Below are positions 27,384-41,539 of a stretch of DNA of 64,000 nt, piece by piece. Numbering within the stretch: position 1 is the first letter of the stretch; each line of letters opens with the position of its first letter. The stretch lies in NCBI RefSeq assembly GCF_009914755.1, contig NC_060939.1. One strand, written 5' to 3'. The stretch is from the human T2T-CHM13v2.0 reference genome, Homo sapiens. Below the pieces are notes generated by a model that did no database searches, had not been told where the DNA came from, and was given only the letters and a program-made list of their open reading frames with translations. A program made the translations under genes and the position numbers.

Positions 27384-28152
27384 GCTTGTGAAAGCCCCCA
27401 GACCACGTTGAATGGACCATATTAAAGTGTACACACAGCTCTCATGGAAGATAATGTATATGTAACCATATAAGAGTTGCATTGCTATTGGCTAGCTGAC
27501 AAAATGTTATATTTTACAAACATTAAATCAAACATATTAATTTCAATTTTGTGATTTTTTTCATATGTTAAAATCAATAGGATACCTTTTCAGGTGTCCA
27601 ACATGGCTGTGGTCAAACCTATGGTACTAATGGTCATTTCTAGTCAGTGATAGACCAGGTTGTTGATATTTTATGCAAGATAATAATAGACCAAAAGCAG
27701 TATGCTTGAAAAAGATTCTCAGAGCTTAGAGGAAGAATAATCAAGGCCAAACCAGAACTATTGGCTTGGTCTTCCTCTTCACAGTTTATTCCCATTTAGG
27801 GAGAATAGACTAAAAATTATTATCAGAACTCACTATATATTCATTTCAATGTGTTGAATATCTCTATGTATTATAACTTTCATTAAGTTTTCATTTTAGA
27901 ATATTAATTCACTTATTTTCAAAATATTATGTGTATTCCTGACAATCCCTATTTACAAAGCCCTTTCCAAACAATTAGGATTTTCTCAGTGCATCTACGT
28001 GCTCTGTGACACATCCGATAGTCATTACCTCATTGAATGTCACAGATGCCTGTACTTGATGCATAGTAATTCTAACTGGATAAAAGGCTGTTTTTCAGAG
28101 TTAACAAAGGCAAATAAATAATCAAATAAATCAATTAAGACCTACTTCAGGG

Positions 28153-28505
28153 ACCAGCCACCATGGTGGCTCATGCCTGTAATCCCAGTGCTTGGGAGGC
28201 TAAAGCAGGTGGATAGATTGAGGCCAGAAGGTTTAGAACAGCCTGGACAACAAAGCAAGACACCTTCCAACCCCCACCTCCCCTCTTTACAAAAAAAATA
28301 TATATATATAAATTAGCCAGGCATGGTGGCCCACAACTGTAGTCCTAGCTGCTTGGGAGGCTGAAGTGAAAGGATCTCTTGAACTCAGGAGTTCAAGGCT
28401 GCAGTGAGCTATGATCACACCACTCCACTCCACCTAGGCAGTAGTGCAATCATAGAAATGGAGGGAGATCCTATCTCTAAAAAAAAAAAAAAAAAAAAAA
28501 AAAAA
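28153..28505 (+). mobile_element. AluJ with polyA
   Basis: J diagnostics; TSD agac(c/t)tacttca at 28138-28149 and 28507-28518. Confidence 0.92.
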
Positions 28506-29069
28506 GAGACTTACTTCACAAGTTTTGACTCATTCGAACTTATCTGTTGGAGTGCCCAATGTGTGAAAGACAGCTAGAGAGACAGACATAGATATGGGAG
28601 AATGAATTATGCCCAGAAGGTCAGGAAATCCTTTTTTCTATGATGAAGGCCTCTAAGCCTAGGAGATTGAATTGCCAGGTATTTATGCTATTCTCCCAGT
28701 TCAGGAAAGATATTGAGTACCAGGAAGATTGACAAAGTATTTCATCAGTTAATTACAGGTAAAAGCAATCTGACTCACAGGTGTTCATGATTCAATCAAT
28801 CACAAGGATTTGGTGAATCCACAGGTTTCTCAAAAAAGAAAAGTGGTCCCAGCAAATGAATTCTGATGCAGAGCACTAGTGCCCTAGGCCACCCAGCTGA
28901 TATCCCAGGGTGGAGTGGATAAACCAACCATAAAACATCTTTATTCTCACATCAGCTTCAGCATTTTGCAGTAATTTCTTGAAATCAAATCTTGAACTCT
29001 AATACTATCCCATGGAAATCTATGAATAACTATGTCCAGCAGGTGCTTTTCCAAATTGTTTGTTTTTTC

Positions 29070-29260
29070 CAGTGGTAGTATGATATAAAAGATTTAGGCT
29101 CAAAGGCCTCCAAATTGTTTTGAGAGCTGACTCTTCCATACACCCCTGTGGGAACACAGGCAAATCATTTAATCTCTCTGAAGCCCAGTTGATAATATAT
29201 TTCTCAAAGATTTCTTATGAAGATCAAAAGAACTAAGAGAGATAAAAATAAAACGTTTTG
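29070..29260 (+). mobile_element. MIR fragment
   Basis: ggcaaatcatttaatctctctgaagcccagtt. Confidence 0.6.
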
Positions 29261-30039
29261 CATACAGCAAAACAACCACAAAGCCACTGTCAGTGGTAGA
29301 CTAAGACAAAGTATTCTTCCAGGAAATCTTTTTCATATTCCTTCTGAAAACAAAATACCAATGTTGGCTTAGATGTTTAAAATCATTCTATCAGAAACCT
29401 TCATTTGGCCTTCAGGTCATCATTCTGATCTTCAGAGCACTGCAAGACTCAAGGAAGCCAACTGTCCTCCCAACTCCCTTGTGAACTCATTCTTGGTGCA
29501 TCTCTAGCTTCCATACACTGTGGGCACAGGGAGTGGCACTCAGTAAATATCTGGTGTTTGGTCTGATCTGTAGATGGAGTTCATTCTTTTATCTTAGCTG
29601 CCATTAAGTGTTGCAGACACCTTGTAGGATCACAGCCAGCTGGCCACAGTTGAGGCACAGAGGAATAGGTGGTTGGGTATTGAAATTCTATTCTAAATTT
29701 TATGCTAGTTGGAATAAAATAAAATTATGCTGCTTTAAAACGAGACTGACTCATCAATACAGCCAATCATGCTTGTTGAGATACTCACAAGCACCAATCC
29801 TGTCATTATTAAAAAGGCTTATGGCAATTTAGACTGACTAATTTTATTTCCACTTTGATTTAGTGATGGCCTTGCAGACACAGCCTAAGTCATTTTAATT
29901 AGAAACATTTGTTTACATTGATATCACTTTGTGCCATTTATGAGACTCCTACCAAAAGAAAGGATTCATGTTCGCTTCAAATCTCCCTACTGGAGCTTAT
30001 GCTTCTGAGGGTAAAGGGCAAAAAAAGAATCTCTGATTC

Positions 30040-30595
30040 TCCTCTTCATTCATTAATTTGCCAGTCAACTACTGTGTGCCAAGAACTGTACTGGGCAAAG
30101 ATTCTAAAGAGAAATAAAAAGCAATCTCTCATGCCAGAAATCTCATTGTCTAGAAAAGATCAAACCCACAAACAATTACAATCCATGTAACAAAATAAGG
30201 GCTAATATAAAACTATATGTCATAGGAATACTAAGGCAGTAACTAACTGCATGGGAGATAGGATGAGGCTTCACAATTGATAGGACAGAAAGCACGTCTT
30301 GAAGAAAGAGATGGAAGTTTCTAGATAGAAAAAGCAAAGAGGGTACATAGGAGCCCACCATATTCCAGAAGTAGCAAGTCATTCAGTGGCATGAAACTAG
30401 ATAAGGATGTCAGGGCCAACAGTGAGATCCAGAATTTTGGATTTTATCTGGCTGGCAATGGGGAGAATTTGTTACTTTTTAAACAAGGGAGTGTTAGATT
30501 AGATTTGAAATTGTATGATAGCTCTGGTAGTAGTGAAGACAATAGACAGGAGAAGGAAGATATTAAGTAGCAAAGTCAGTTAAGAGATGAGAATG
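30040..30595 (-). mobile_element. L2
   Basis: ttcattcatt...actactgtgtgccaagaactgtactggg...ggcaatggggag..ttttaaacaaggg. Confidence 0.78.
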
Positions 30596-30793
30596 AGCTA
30601 TTCATTGGATATATGCTATATGGCATGCACTGTAGTAGGCCCTTTTGCACTATCTCAGTACTCTCACAGTATTACAAGACAGAGAAGAATAAAATGTCTC
30701 TCCAAACCATTTGTGATCGCATTCTTAGCTTTTCTTTGGATCCCCATACAAAAAGCACAGGAAGTAGCATTCTGTAAATATTTTTTGGTTTGA

Positions 30794-31162
<369 letters not shown>

Positions 31163-31549
31163 TAGGATCCATGACATTCTTAACGTTTACTCAACTTCTA
31201 TATCTAATTGGTCAGCAATTTTTCAAATTTTTTTTCCCTCAAAATCATCCCTACACTACTGTAATTGCTCTCATTTAAACCATAATTGCCATTTGCCTAG
31301 ACTATTGCAATACTGTGATGTATCAGAAAAATAAACAAATTTTGCAGACAGTTTGCTTTTACCCTGCTATATTACCAGTGTGGTATTGGTTAAGTCATTA
31401 AAACTCTTTTGGACTTCAGGATACACCCACATAAAATGAACTTACTTTGCTGATATCTCTTGAAGCCTGTTACAGTGGCTATATGACACTGTTTTGATGA
31501 AGGAGACATGAACTGACATCTCTAAGGGGGTGGGGGAGAGAAAGGGATG

Positions 31550-31830
31550 GCTTTCTGGGGAGCTTTTTAAATCCTGATGACGCTGTTCTTTCTCTCTTCT
31601 TTCCTCAAATGTGAGTACATTGAGTGGCACATAAGCAGCTATTTTTAAACTATGAGAAAAGGCCAAGAAAATTGCAAAGAGGATATCTCTAACATGGTTG
31701 ATTTGCTCAAACCAGCTCCAGTGACAAGCTCTCTAGATTTCTTCTTACATGGGAAAAATGACCTCCTCTTTGTTTAAGGCAATATTATCACAGTTTTCTT
31801 AAGGTTTTCTGTTACTTGCAGCAAAAATGC
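31550..31830 (+). mobile_element. Old MLT1 (K/L-like) LTR fragment
   Basis: ctctagatttcttcttacatggga...ttttctgttacttgcagc. Confidence 0.55.
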
Positions 31831-31834
31831 TTGC

Positions 31835-32625
31835 TCATGGCAAGGTCATTATCGACCTCCTCATTATTCAATCCAATGGTCAATTCTTAATATTCACCTT
31901 AATTGACCCCACAGCATCATGTAGCATAAACACTTCCTCTTCTTTTAAACACTCTTTTCACTTAGCTTCCAGGAAAAGACACTCCTGGTTTACCACCAAC
32001 TCACTGGCTGCTCATTATTGGTCTCCTTTACTAGTTCCTTTTCAACTCCTTGACCTCTTAGTGCTAAAATGCCCCAGGGCTTCAATTCTCTATCTAGATT
32101 CACTCCCTTGGTAACACCCTTCCATTTATATCTCCAGCCTGTACCTCGCCAGTGAATTCCAGACTAATATCTCCAACAGTCCACCTAAGATCTCCACTCA
32201 GATGGCTAATCATTCAAATGCAGCACAGCCAAAAATGAATTCTGAGCTTCCCCTGACCCACAAAACCTAGGCTCAATTGAAGCCATTTTATCCTCTGGTT
32301 GCTCAGGCCAAAAACTTTGAATTTATCCTTTATTCTTAACTTTCTCTCATATCCCACACCTAATCTGTCAGCAAATTCTATTGGCTCTACCTTCAAGACA
32401 ATTCCAGAATGAGCTGACTTCTCACCACCTCCCTTCTACTTCTGTGGTGTGAGCCACTGTGATCTCTTGCTTGGAGGCACTCACATCCTAACTGGGTTTG
32501 CTGCTTCCACCACTGACCACCTAAGGTGAGCTCTGAGGGCAGAAACCAGAATGATGCTTTTAAAGTCTACAGTCAAGTGACTCCTCACTGAAAACCTCCT
32601 AGTGGCTCCTCATCTCATTCAGTAT
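31835..32625 (+). mobile_element. L2
   Basis: aatccaatggtcaattct...tatctccagcc...tcagcaaattctattggctctaccttcaa. Confidence 0.85.
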
Positions 32626-32704
32626 TGAGGGAAGCAATGAAAAATTATATTTCTAAGTCCTGTGCTATTTAAATCGTAAGCTTTTACATTCTGCTGGTTG
32701 CTTC

Positions 32705-33290
32705 TCTTTTTTTCCTCAGCTTTTTATTTTGAAAAATGTTACACCTACAGAAAAGTGCCAAAAATATTATGAACATCCACATTTCCTTAATCTAGATTCA
32801 CCCATTCTTAACATTTTGCCACATTTCCTTTATCTTTCTCGATATATATCTGTATATATATATACATATATATGCATATACATTTTCTGCTGATCCATTT
32901 GAAAGTTGCAGTCATCATGCTTTATCCAAAAATATTTCAGCACCTATATCCTATAAATAAGACATTCTCCTACATAACTAGAATGCGACAATTACACTTC
33001 AGATTTTTATATAAACACAATATGATTACTTAATATGCAATCCATATAAATTTCTTCAATTGTACCTATAATGTCACATAAACCCAGGATTCAATCAAGC
33101 ATCACACACTACATTTAATGTTTCTTTAGTTCCATTTATTATAAATCCTTCCTTTTTTTAGTTTTATGACATTGGTTTTTTTTTTTAAGAAGACAAGTTG
33201 TTTTTTTGTAGAATATCCCTAAATTTCTATTTGCTTGTTTCCTCATGCTTAGATTTTTGACAAGAGTACTAACTAGGTGATGTTTAGTTG
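32705..33290 (-). mobile_element. L1MC4/5-like 3' end
   Basis: ttttattttgaaaaat...ctacagaaaagt...ctagattcacc..ttaacattttgccacattt. Confidence 0.75.
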
Positions 33291-33624
33291 CTCCCCTTTA
33301 AATGACATGTTTTTAAGTCAATAAAATAAAACAAGTAATACCACAATCCTATCTCCTCCATCTTAGAGACCCATCCTAGCATTTCATCATAGTCATTCAG
33401 TAAAATATTCTTCTCTTAGGGTCGGCTTTGAGCATGTGGTAGACCTTGATGAACTCTCCCTGGTTCAATGGAGCTCCAGAACCAGGAAATATAACTAGAA
33501 ATGTTATTAGAGATAAAAATGCCTAAGTTGATAGACTTTTCTATTTTTAGACCACAAAGAGACTTCTGACATAGTATTTTACAGTGAATACCAGGCTACT
33601 GAGCTCCTCTGTCTACTGTCTAAA

Positions 33625-34400
33625 TTATTTTTGTTTTTAATTGGAAAAATTAACACATACATATAAGAAAACAAGTAAAACAATCCAATGCATACAATAA
33701 AATTAAATCTTCATCTTAATCCAAATCCTCCCATTTCCACAACCCAGAGAACCAATGCTAGCGGTTTCTTGTGTATCTGTTAAAATACTGTTTACAAGCA
33801 TGTTACATACAGCTCTCCATCTTGCTTGTTAATGGTAGAGATCTTTCTATGTTAGCACAAATATATTTACATCTTTCTCTTTAGCCAATATTCCATAGAC
33901 TCAAACATATTCAAATCAGCCATATTGATTCAAATTATGAATCAACCATAATTTACTTAAATGATCTCCAATTGATAGACATTTTTTGCTATTGCTGTTA
34001 GAAACAAAGCTGGAGAAACATCTTTGTATATCACTTATTTAAACACTTCTCTTAGAATAAATTTCTAGGTGTGGAATTACTAGGTTAAAAGATGTGTGTA
34101 CATTTTCAGTTTTGTTACATAGCATCCAACTGCCCTCTAAAATCATTATACCCATTTTTCTCTCATTCATAATATTTGACATTGGCAGTTTCTGTGCCCT
34201 TCACACTGGATATTATCAAATATCTAAATGTTGGTAACCTGATAAGTATCTCCTTGCTTGGATTTGCATGGTTTTTTGTTTTTTGTTTTTGTTTTTGCTG
34301 TAAGTAATGCTGAATATTTTTTATATTTGTATAATCCATTTATATTTATTTTCTGTGACCTATTTCTATTCTTTTGCCTGTTTTTCCACAGTTATTATTT
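33625..34400 (-). mobile_element. L1ME 3' fragment
   Basis: ttagaataaatttctaggtgtggaattactaggttaaaag. Confidence 0.7.
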
Positions 34401-35065
34401 TTCCCACATTAATAATCATCTAGTGCTCCTTCAGCTTGAAATGACTATTATGGAAAATAACATCTTTTCTTTGTCAAAGAAATATATGAACCACTTGAGA
34501 TTTCAGCTGTTCCTCATGGACTTATAAAGCCTAGATTATTTTTTTAAGTCACATATTCTGTTTTTACCACTGTAAAAAACACTACAAAAGATATCTCATA
34601 TTTTTACACTTATGGGGTTATCGTGTCAAATTTGATACACCTGACCAGAGTATGACAAAGCTTTCAGCCCATACCAAGTAAATATTTAATATTAGACTCC
34701 CTAGAATTTTTATTACCTCTTTATTTCCCTATTCTCTATTATTTTGGGAGGAAAAAATATCCTGCTTCTTCAAGTCTCTTGTAATTGCTCTCCTTTTTAT
34801 TTTATCATTCTCTCATCAATTTTTGACCATCAGAGAGTTCTTAGCTTATGATAGACACTCCATAAATATTTAGGGGTTATTGGACTAAGGTATGGATGAT
34901 ACCAAGCCTCCTTCAGAATGCTTTTTCATTCATATGTCTGCTACTCTTGATTAGAACTTACAAGGACATCAAGTATGCACCCCCATTTCCTAATGATAAA
35001 ATCATATGCTTGCTCCCACTTCACCCACATTGTGTACCATGCAGATGCTTCAATAGCATCTTCAA

Positions 35066-35391
35066 TGTTTTAAAAGTGCCGCCTCCAAAATTCAGGTGTT
35101 ACCAATATAACAGTATTAGAAGGTGGAGCCTTTAAGAAGCAATTAGGTCATGAGGCTCCTCTTCTTATGAATGAGATTAAGACCCTTACAAAAGAGGCTT
35201 CACACAGAGTTCAGATCATATGCCCTTCTGCCTTCCACCCTGTGAGGATACAACAAGAAGACCATCACCAGATGCTAGCTCCTTGATCTTGGACTTCCAA
35301 ACCGCTAGAACTGTGAAAAAAAAAAAAAGTGTTCTTTCTTAAGTACCCAGTCTCAACTATTATGTAATAGCAGCACAAATAGATTATAACA
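35066..35391 (+). mobile_element. MST-type MaLR solo LTR
   Basis: cctccaaaattcaggtgtt...ccttgatcttggacttcc...agaactgtga...tagcagcacaaa. Confidence 0.85.
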
Positions 35392-36820
35392 GCATTGTGA
35401 CATTTTGTTGTACTAATGCACTTAGTTCACATGATATTTACATATCTGTCTATCCTACTACACTAGAATCTCCCTGAAAACTAGACTGTGTCTAATTCAT
35501 ATCCATACTGAGGGCCCAGTACAGACTCTGGCACATGGTAATGCTTCAGTAAATATGTTGAATGAACAAAGAAATTAATAAACTTGTATGAGCTGTTCGC
35601 TTATTATCAATTAACACAAAACCTGAGGCAACCCTTCCCAGCTTACACCTCATTTTAGGAGCATTTCCCACAATAGACACTTTCTCCCAAAAGCAAGAAG
35701 AAAATCAGATCGTTCTGAAATAATCAGGAAAAGCTTTTGGAGACTTAACCATTGTCAGATCTCCCTCAGTGATTATTATAAACTAAATTACAGAAAATCC
35801 AGGCTGAAATTTTTCATAAAGCAATTTAAAATATTTAATCGGATGCTGAATGCTTCTCAGAAGAAAACTGATCTCTTTTCGCTGGTTAGATAATGTCCTC
35901 TTTTTCTTCAGCCCAAAAGAGGTAAATGAGTATATGAAATATAAATACAGAAATACATAACTAAAAGTGAAAGCTATTAGTAACTTGGAACCCTCAGAAG
36001 CCAAGCTACCTTGAATATATCTATGCTAGGATTACTATCTCCTTCCATCCTGAGATAGTGATAATTTTGCAGTATTAATATAGGGAAACCTTTAGCCAGA
36101 AAGGCAACAATGTATGACCCAGCATTGGAAGAGAAGCCTCCCAGGAATACAGGAACAGCCTTCATTCCCAGCTTGAATTGTTTCTTAATGGAATTCTACA
36201 ATGCAAAAAACGTTTTTGCTGAATTCCGAACGGAAGCTTGTTACAACACAATGATTAGACTGACAGCTTGGCTTGAGATCCTAGGAGAAAAATAATTGAC
36301 TAGGGGCTAAGAGACTTGAGGGGAACTAGCCCACTTCTGATGCTGCATGACTGAGAAGAAGTAGTATCATAGAATCATGGTACTTTAAAGCTGGAGAGAA
36401 ACATCTCAAAAATAAGCAACCTGGACCAGGTAAGAAAACTAAATCCCAGAGAGGTGCCAGCTTTTCCTGTGTGGAATTGTGAATGAGAGCTGAGGAAATA
36501 AAGACAGTGAGTATTGAATCCTCTTTCCAAATTTGGTGGTGAAAGGAAAGAAGGCAACGGGAACTTCTTAAATGCTTTATGACTTGGCAAGGATTGGTGT
36601 TATAAGGGTCTCACTAAGTGAGAAACCATGAATGATCGGAGATTATTTTGAGAGTCACAGCTCAGGATACTGACAGATGAAAGGGTGATGATTTAAGTTG
36701 CAGGAAATCAACTAATATGAATAGCAAGAAAAATATGATCTGGGTTGCTTACTCTTTAGATATACAAATTCATTCAGCCTCTATATTTTGAGCCCTAAGA
36801 TATTTCACTCCTATAGAATC

Positions 36821-37268
36821 TATAGAAGACAGAAAAATAGGCTCCCAAAGGTATTTACATCTCAATCCCCAAATCCTATGAGTATATTATCTTACGCGGC
36901 AAAAGGGACTTTGCAGATGTGATAAAATTAAGGACGTTGAGATATTATCCACATGTGCCCAATGTAATCTCAAGAATCATTATAGGAGGAAGGCAAGCAG
37001 GTCTGAGGGAGAGAAGGAGATGTGATAATAGAAGCAGAGCTCAGACCAAGGCAAAGAAGGGGTCAACCAGCCAAAGAATACAGGCCACCTATAGAACCTA
37101 GAAAAGGTAAAGAAATTGACTCTCCCCTAGAGCCTCTACAAGAAACACAGCCCTGCTGACACTTTGATTTCAGAACTTCTGACCTCCAGAACTACGAGAT
37201 AAATTTGTGTTGTTTAAAGCCACTAAATTTGTGGTGGTTTGTTACAGCAGCAATAGGAAACTAATACA
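36821..37268 (+). mobile_element. MLT1D-like solo LTR
   Basis: ggcaaaagggactttgcagatgtgat...acagcagcaataggaaactaataca. Confidence 0.9.
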
Positions 37269-37754
37269 GAATTTAAATGAATTATGAAGAGAAAATTAAT
37301 TTGCACATTTAGTAGACTTCAGTTCTGGACCAATGGGAATATTGGAAGTATTCACAAAGAGTTGTGCTCTGGCCACCACCATTTCCAAATTACGGTCTTT
37401 CACAACCTTATGGCATGTGCTCATTCTGTTTCCTTGCCCTATTATTTCCTTTTGTCCTTTTTCCACCTGTCATATTCCCACTCATCTTTCAAAGCAGCTC
37501 AGATAAAACCACCTTGTCTAGGATGATCTCTCGTATGCCTCCAGGAAGACTTAAGTTTTCCTTTTTTGTTCCCATTGGACTTTGTTTATACCACTGCTAC
37601 ACCCTTTACTATAGTCTGACTATCATTAAATTAACCTTTATGCCTCCCCTAACTCATCCCTGCCCTTGCCTGAATCTTCACAGGAGTAAATGTTTATCCA
37701 ATCCCCAACTGGTAGACTACCAAGCAGTTCATTGACAAAATCTTTTCCCATTGT

Positions 37755-38471
37755 TTCTTTTTTTAGTTGTGGTAAAATATACGTAACATAAAATTTACCA
37801 TTTAATCATTTTTAAATGTGCAGTTTAATAATACTAAGTATGTTGACATTGTTGTGCAACCAATCTCCACAACTCTATTTATCTTGTAAGACTAAAACTC
37901 TACATCCATAAAGAGCAATTCTTCACTTTTCCCTCATCCCAACCTCTGACAGCTCCCATTCTACTTTCTCTCCCTACAAATTTGACTACTCAAGATAGCT
38001 CATGTAAGTAGAATCACACAGCATTTGTCTTTCTGTGACTGGTATATTTCACTTAATATCTTCAAGGTTCAGCCATGTTGTACCAGGTCTCAGAATTTCT
38101 TTTCTTTGTAAGGCTGAATAATATTCTATTGCATGTATATAATCTATTCATCCATCAACAGTCATTTGGGTTGCTTCCACTTTTTAATTTTTATGAATAA
38201 TGCTGCTATGAACGTAGGTGTACAAATATCTCTGAGTTCCTGTTTTCAGTTCTTTTGGGTATACTCCCAGAAGTGGAATTGCTGGATAGTATGATAATTC
38301 TATTTTAAGTTTTTTAGGACCTGCCATAGTCTTTTCTATGGTGACTGCACTATTTTATATGCCCACTAACAGTAAACAAGTATTCCAATTTCTCCACATC
38401 TTTTCCAACGCTTCTTATTGTCTGTTTTGTTTTGTTGGTTTGGTTTGTAATAGTATTAGTAGTAGTAGTAA

Positions 38472-38507
<36 letters not shown>

Positions 38508-39062
38508 CAACAGCAGCAACAACTATCCTACAAGGTATGAAAAGGTATCTTGTTTTGGTTTCTATTTAGATTTTCCCTAATGATTAGGGCATTTTTATGT
38601 ACTTGTTGACCATTTGTGTATCATCTTTGGAGAAATATATATTCAAGACCTTTGCCCATTTTTTAATTGGGTTGTTTGGTTTTTATTGTTGTTGAGTTGT
38701 AGCAGTTCTTTATATAGTTTAGATATTAACCCTTCATTAGATATGTGATTTGCAAATATTTTCTCTCATTTCATAGGTTGGTTTTTACTGTATTGATTGT
38801 GTCCTTTGATATACACAAGTTTTTTGTTTTGATGTAGTCTAATGTATATGCTTTTGGTGTCATATTAAAGATGTCATTACCAAATCTAATGTCATTAAAC
38901 TTCTCCCCTATGACTATAATTTCTTCTAAGAGTTTTATAGTTTTAACTCATGTTTAGGTCTTGAATCCATTTTGAGTTAATTTTTGTATATGGTGTACGG
39001 TAAAGATCCAACTTCATTCTTTTGCATGTGGATGTGCACTTTTCCCAAAATCATTTGTTGAA
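37755..39062 (-). mobile_element. L1MB 3' fragment containing (TAG)n at about 38450-38520
   Basis: tgtggtaaaatat..taacataaaatttaccat...cccagaagtggaattgctggat. Confidence 0.9.
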
Positions 39063-39429
39063 CTTAAACGGATTTTTAACCTACGTAACCCAAATGACAT
39101 TAAAATATAAAAAGAACCCTTAATGTGCATTAAAATCTATAACCACTACGAAATCATAATAATCCAGCTGTAAAACAAATGAGTTCCTTCTGAGGAGAAA
39201 AGGCTGTGGCCAGCCCAGGAGGCAAAAGTACTAAGCAGGATATGAAAACACAAAACAAAAGGTCAGTCTTTAAACAAAGGCAGTTTGAAAAGCCTTGTCA
39301 GGGCACAGCAGTCTCTCAAGATGATATATTTCATTTCTATACATTAAAGATACTATATATTTAATCCAAAAGGAGTGACTCCACCAGTCAAATACAGATA
39401 AGAAAACATACATCTTGATGTCTAATTAC

Positions 39430-39541
39430 CTTGCAGGACCCCAGTGATCGTGGAACTCATTGTAACATTTCAGATTAATGTTGTGATAAAATGGTTTTAC
39501 TTAAAATACTTACTGCCTTATTTCCATTCAACCACTACAAT
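39430..39541 (-). other. Candidate exon (112 nt, or 28 nt with an internal donor)
   Basis: Acceptor tctcctttttaatcaacag|; donors GCA|GTAAGT (39514/39513) and AAG|GTAATT (39430/39429). Confidence 0.3.
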
Positions 39542-39831
39542 CTGTTGATTAAAAAGGAGATCTACTTACAACTTTTTTAAAAACTGCCATCAACTTTTAC
39601 TCTAAGATTGCTTTAGAATTAAGTAAGATCCATTCTGCTTTTAGTCTCATTTGTTTTCACAATGTCAACTACACCTGTACTACAACTTATGTCTCTAACA
39701 GGAAAAGTTAAATCATGTTTATAATACTGTTCAATAAAATTGAACATCAATATCTAAAGATTTTTAAAGGTTTATTTTTAAGTTTTACAGTAAAACTTCT
39801 GCTACTCAAAAGATTAAAGGTTAAACTTCAA

Positions 39832-39837
<6 letters not shown>

Positions 39838-39862
<25 letters not shown>

Positions 39863-40141
39863 GAGATGGAGTCTCGCTCTGTCCCGTCCCCCAGGCTGGA
39901 ATGCAATGGCACAACTCGGCTCACTGCAACCTCCGCCTCCCAGGTTCAAGCGATTCTCCTGCCTCAGCGTCCTGAGTAGCTGGGATTACAGGCGCACACA
40001 ACCACACCCAGCTAATTTTTTTTGTATTTTTTTTAGTAGAGATGGTGTTGGCCAGGCTGGTCTCGAACTCTTGACCTTGTGATCTGCCCAACTCGGCCTC
40101 CCAAAGTGCTGGGAATACAGGCGTGAGCCACTGTGCCCAGC
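39838..40141 (-). mobile_element. AluS with perfect 17-bp TSD
   Basis: TTAAACTTCAATTCTCT at 39821-39837 and 40142-40158. Confidence 0.96.
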
Positions 40142-41265
40142 TTAAACTTCAATTCTCTAAGCATTATATCATTCCTGAAGAATGCTGAATAAAGGAGGTT
40201 TAGAACAGGATGCAAACAGATATCATGGTTCATGATACCAGTGAACAGAAACTTGCGAGTCTGCTTAGCAGATTTGCAAGTTATTAGCTTGTAAAACATG
40301 CTAAATTTATTAAATTAAAATGAATACTCTCTGCAACCACAATGAGGTTTTGCACTCTTTCTTTAAGTTCTTCTAACGTAAATATATGACCAGTAGCACA
40401 GACAAATGTCAATCAAATAAGAAGAACTTAAGTGTAGAAAATACATGATCAACCCAGTTTCCTCCTTCCTGCACCACAGGGCATAGCTTTATGCCATCTG
40501 GTGATTATTAGGGGAGAAAGATGCCATCTGCCATTTCTGCTAATCCACGGGAGAGGGATAGCTCTCCCTTACCCTGTAAGCCTATGGGAAATCTCCTTGT
40601 GCCTGTTTACATGTCCCCAGGGCTCCAACTGAGTTAAAATTTCCTCTGAGAGAGAGAATGTGTGTAGAGTGTGTGTGTGTATGTCCCCACATATTCAACA
40701 TCAAAGTGAGACATCCATTTCTATCCCTTTCATACAACCTCTTAAGTGTCACAGGAGTCTGTGTTAGTCCAGGTTAATAGCAAATCTCTTCCTATCCTGC
40801 CTAACTCAAAGCCAAGATACTACTAGATACAACCTAAACTAGAGGGACAAAATTGGATGACAGCCATAAAAATAGATTATAAAATAGACACAAATTGAAT
40901 TCAAGGTGTGAAAATGACCTGCTATTCCTTTTGTTTTACATTCCCCCACAGAAAGGACAGAACCGAAATCATCCTCAAATAAGTGTTTTCATAGAATCTT
41001 ATAGAAAAATTCTTAAGATGTCATAGCTTTCTTTATGCCAGTTGAAAGTATATTTTCTTACAACACTTAAAAAGAGAAAGAATGGGGTGCAAAATTTTTT
41101 CAAAGAGGCCTTAGCTGATATCTAAATTTGAACTATTTCTAGAGCTTAATGAGGTAGGAACTAGGAGAGAAAAACAAAGTATAAACAGAAAAATAGACAT
41201 AAGTTTTTCCCCAACTATGTCAAGCCTACCAGTTTCTCAAATCACTGCATGTAAGAAGGGCTTCA

Positions 41266-41352
41266 CATATATTATAAAATATATTATATACATATATATA
41301 TTAAATACATATACATATATATACAGAGAGAGAGAGAGAGAAAGAGAGAGAA
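41266..41352. repeat. (TA)n/(GA)n simple repeat
   Basis: Seen directly. Confidence 0.9.
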
Positions 41353-41539
41353 TGGAATAAATCCCCTATCCCCATAGAATGGGATTGACCCCATTTAATG
41401 ATTCAACTTTACTCACAGAAGTTTTATATTCTAACAAAGTAAAATATAAAGTTTTTTAAAATCCCTAAATGACCCAGAGCATGAGTCTATTTTTGAAACA
41501 TCAATATGGCATCCTGTTATGACACAAGGATCACAACAA

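Noticed and set aside
38338-38580. Poly-serine ORF
   Set aside because: (TAG/AGT)n microsatellite inside L1MB.
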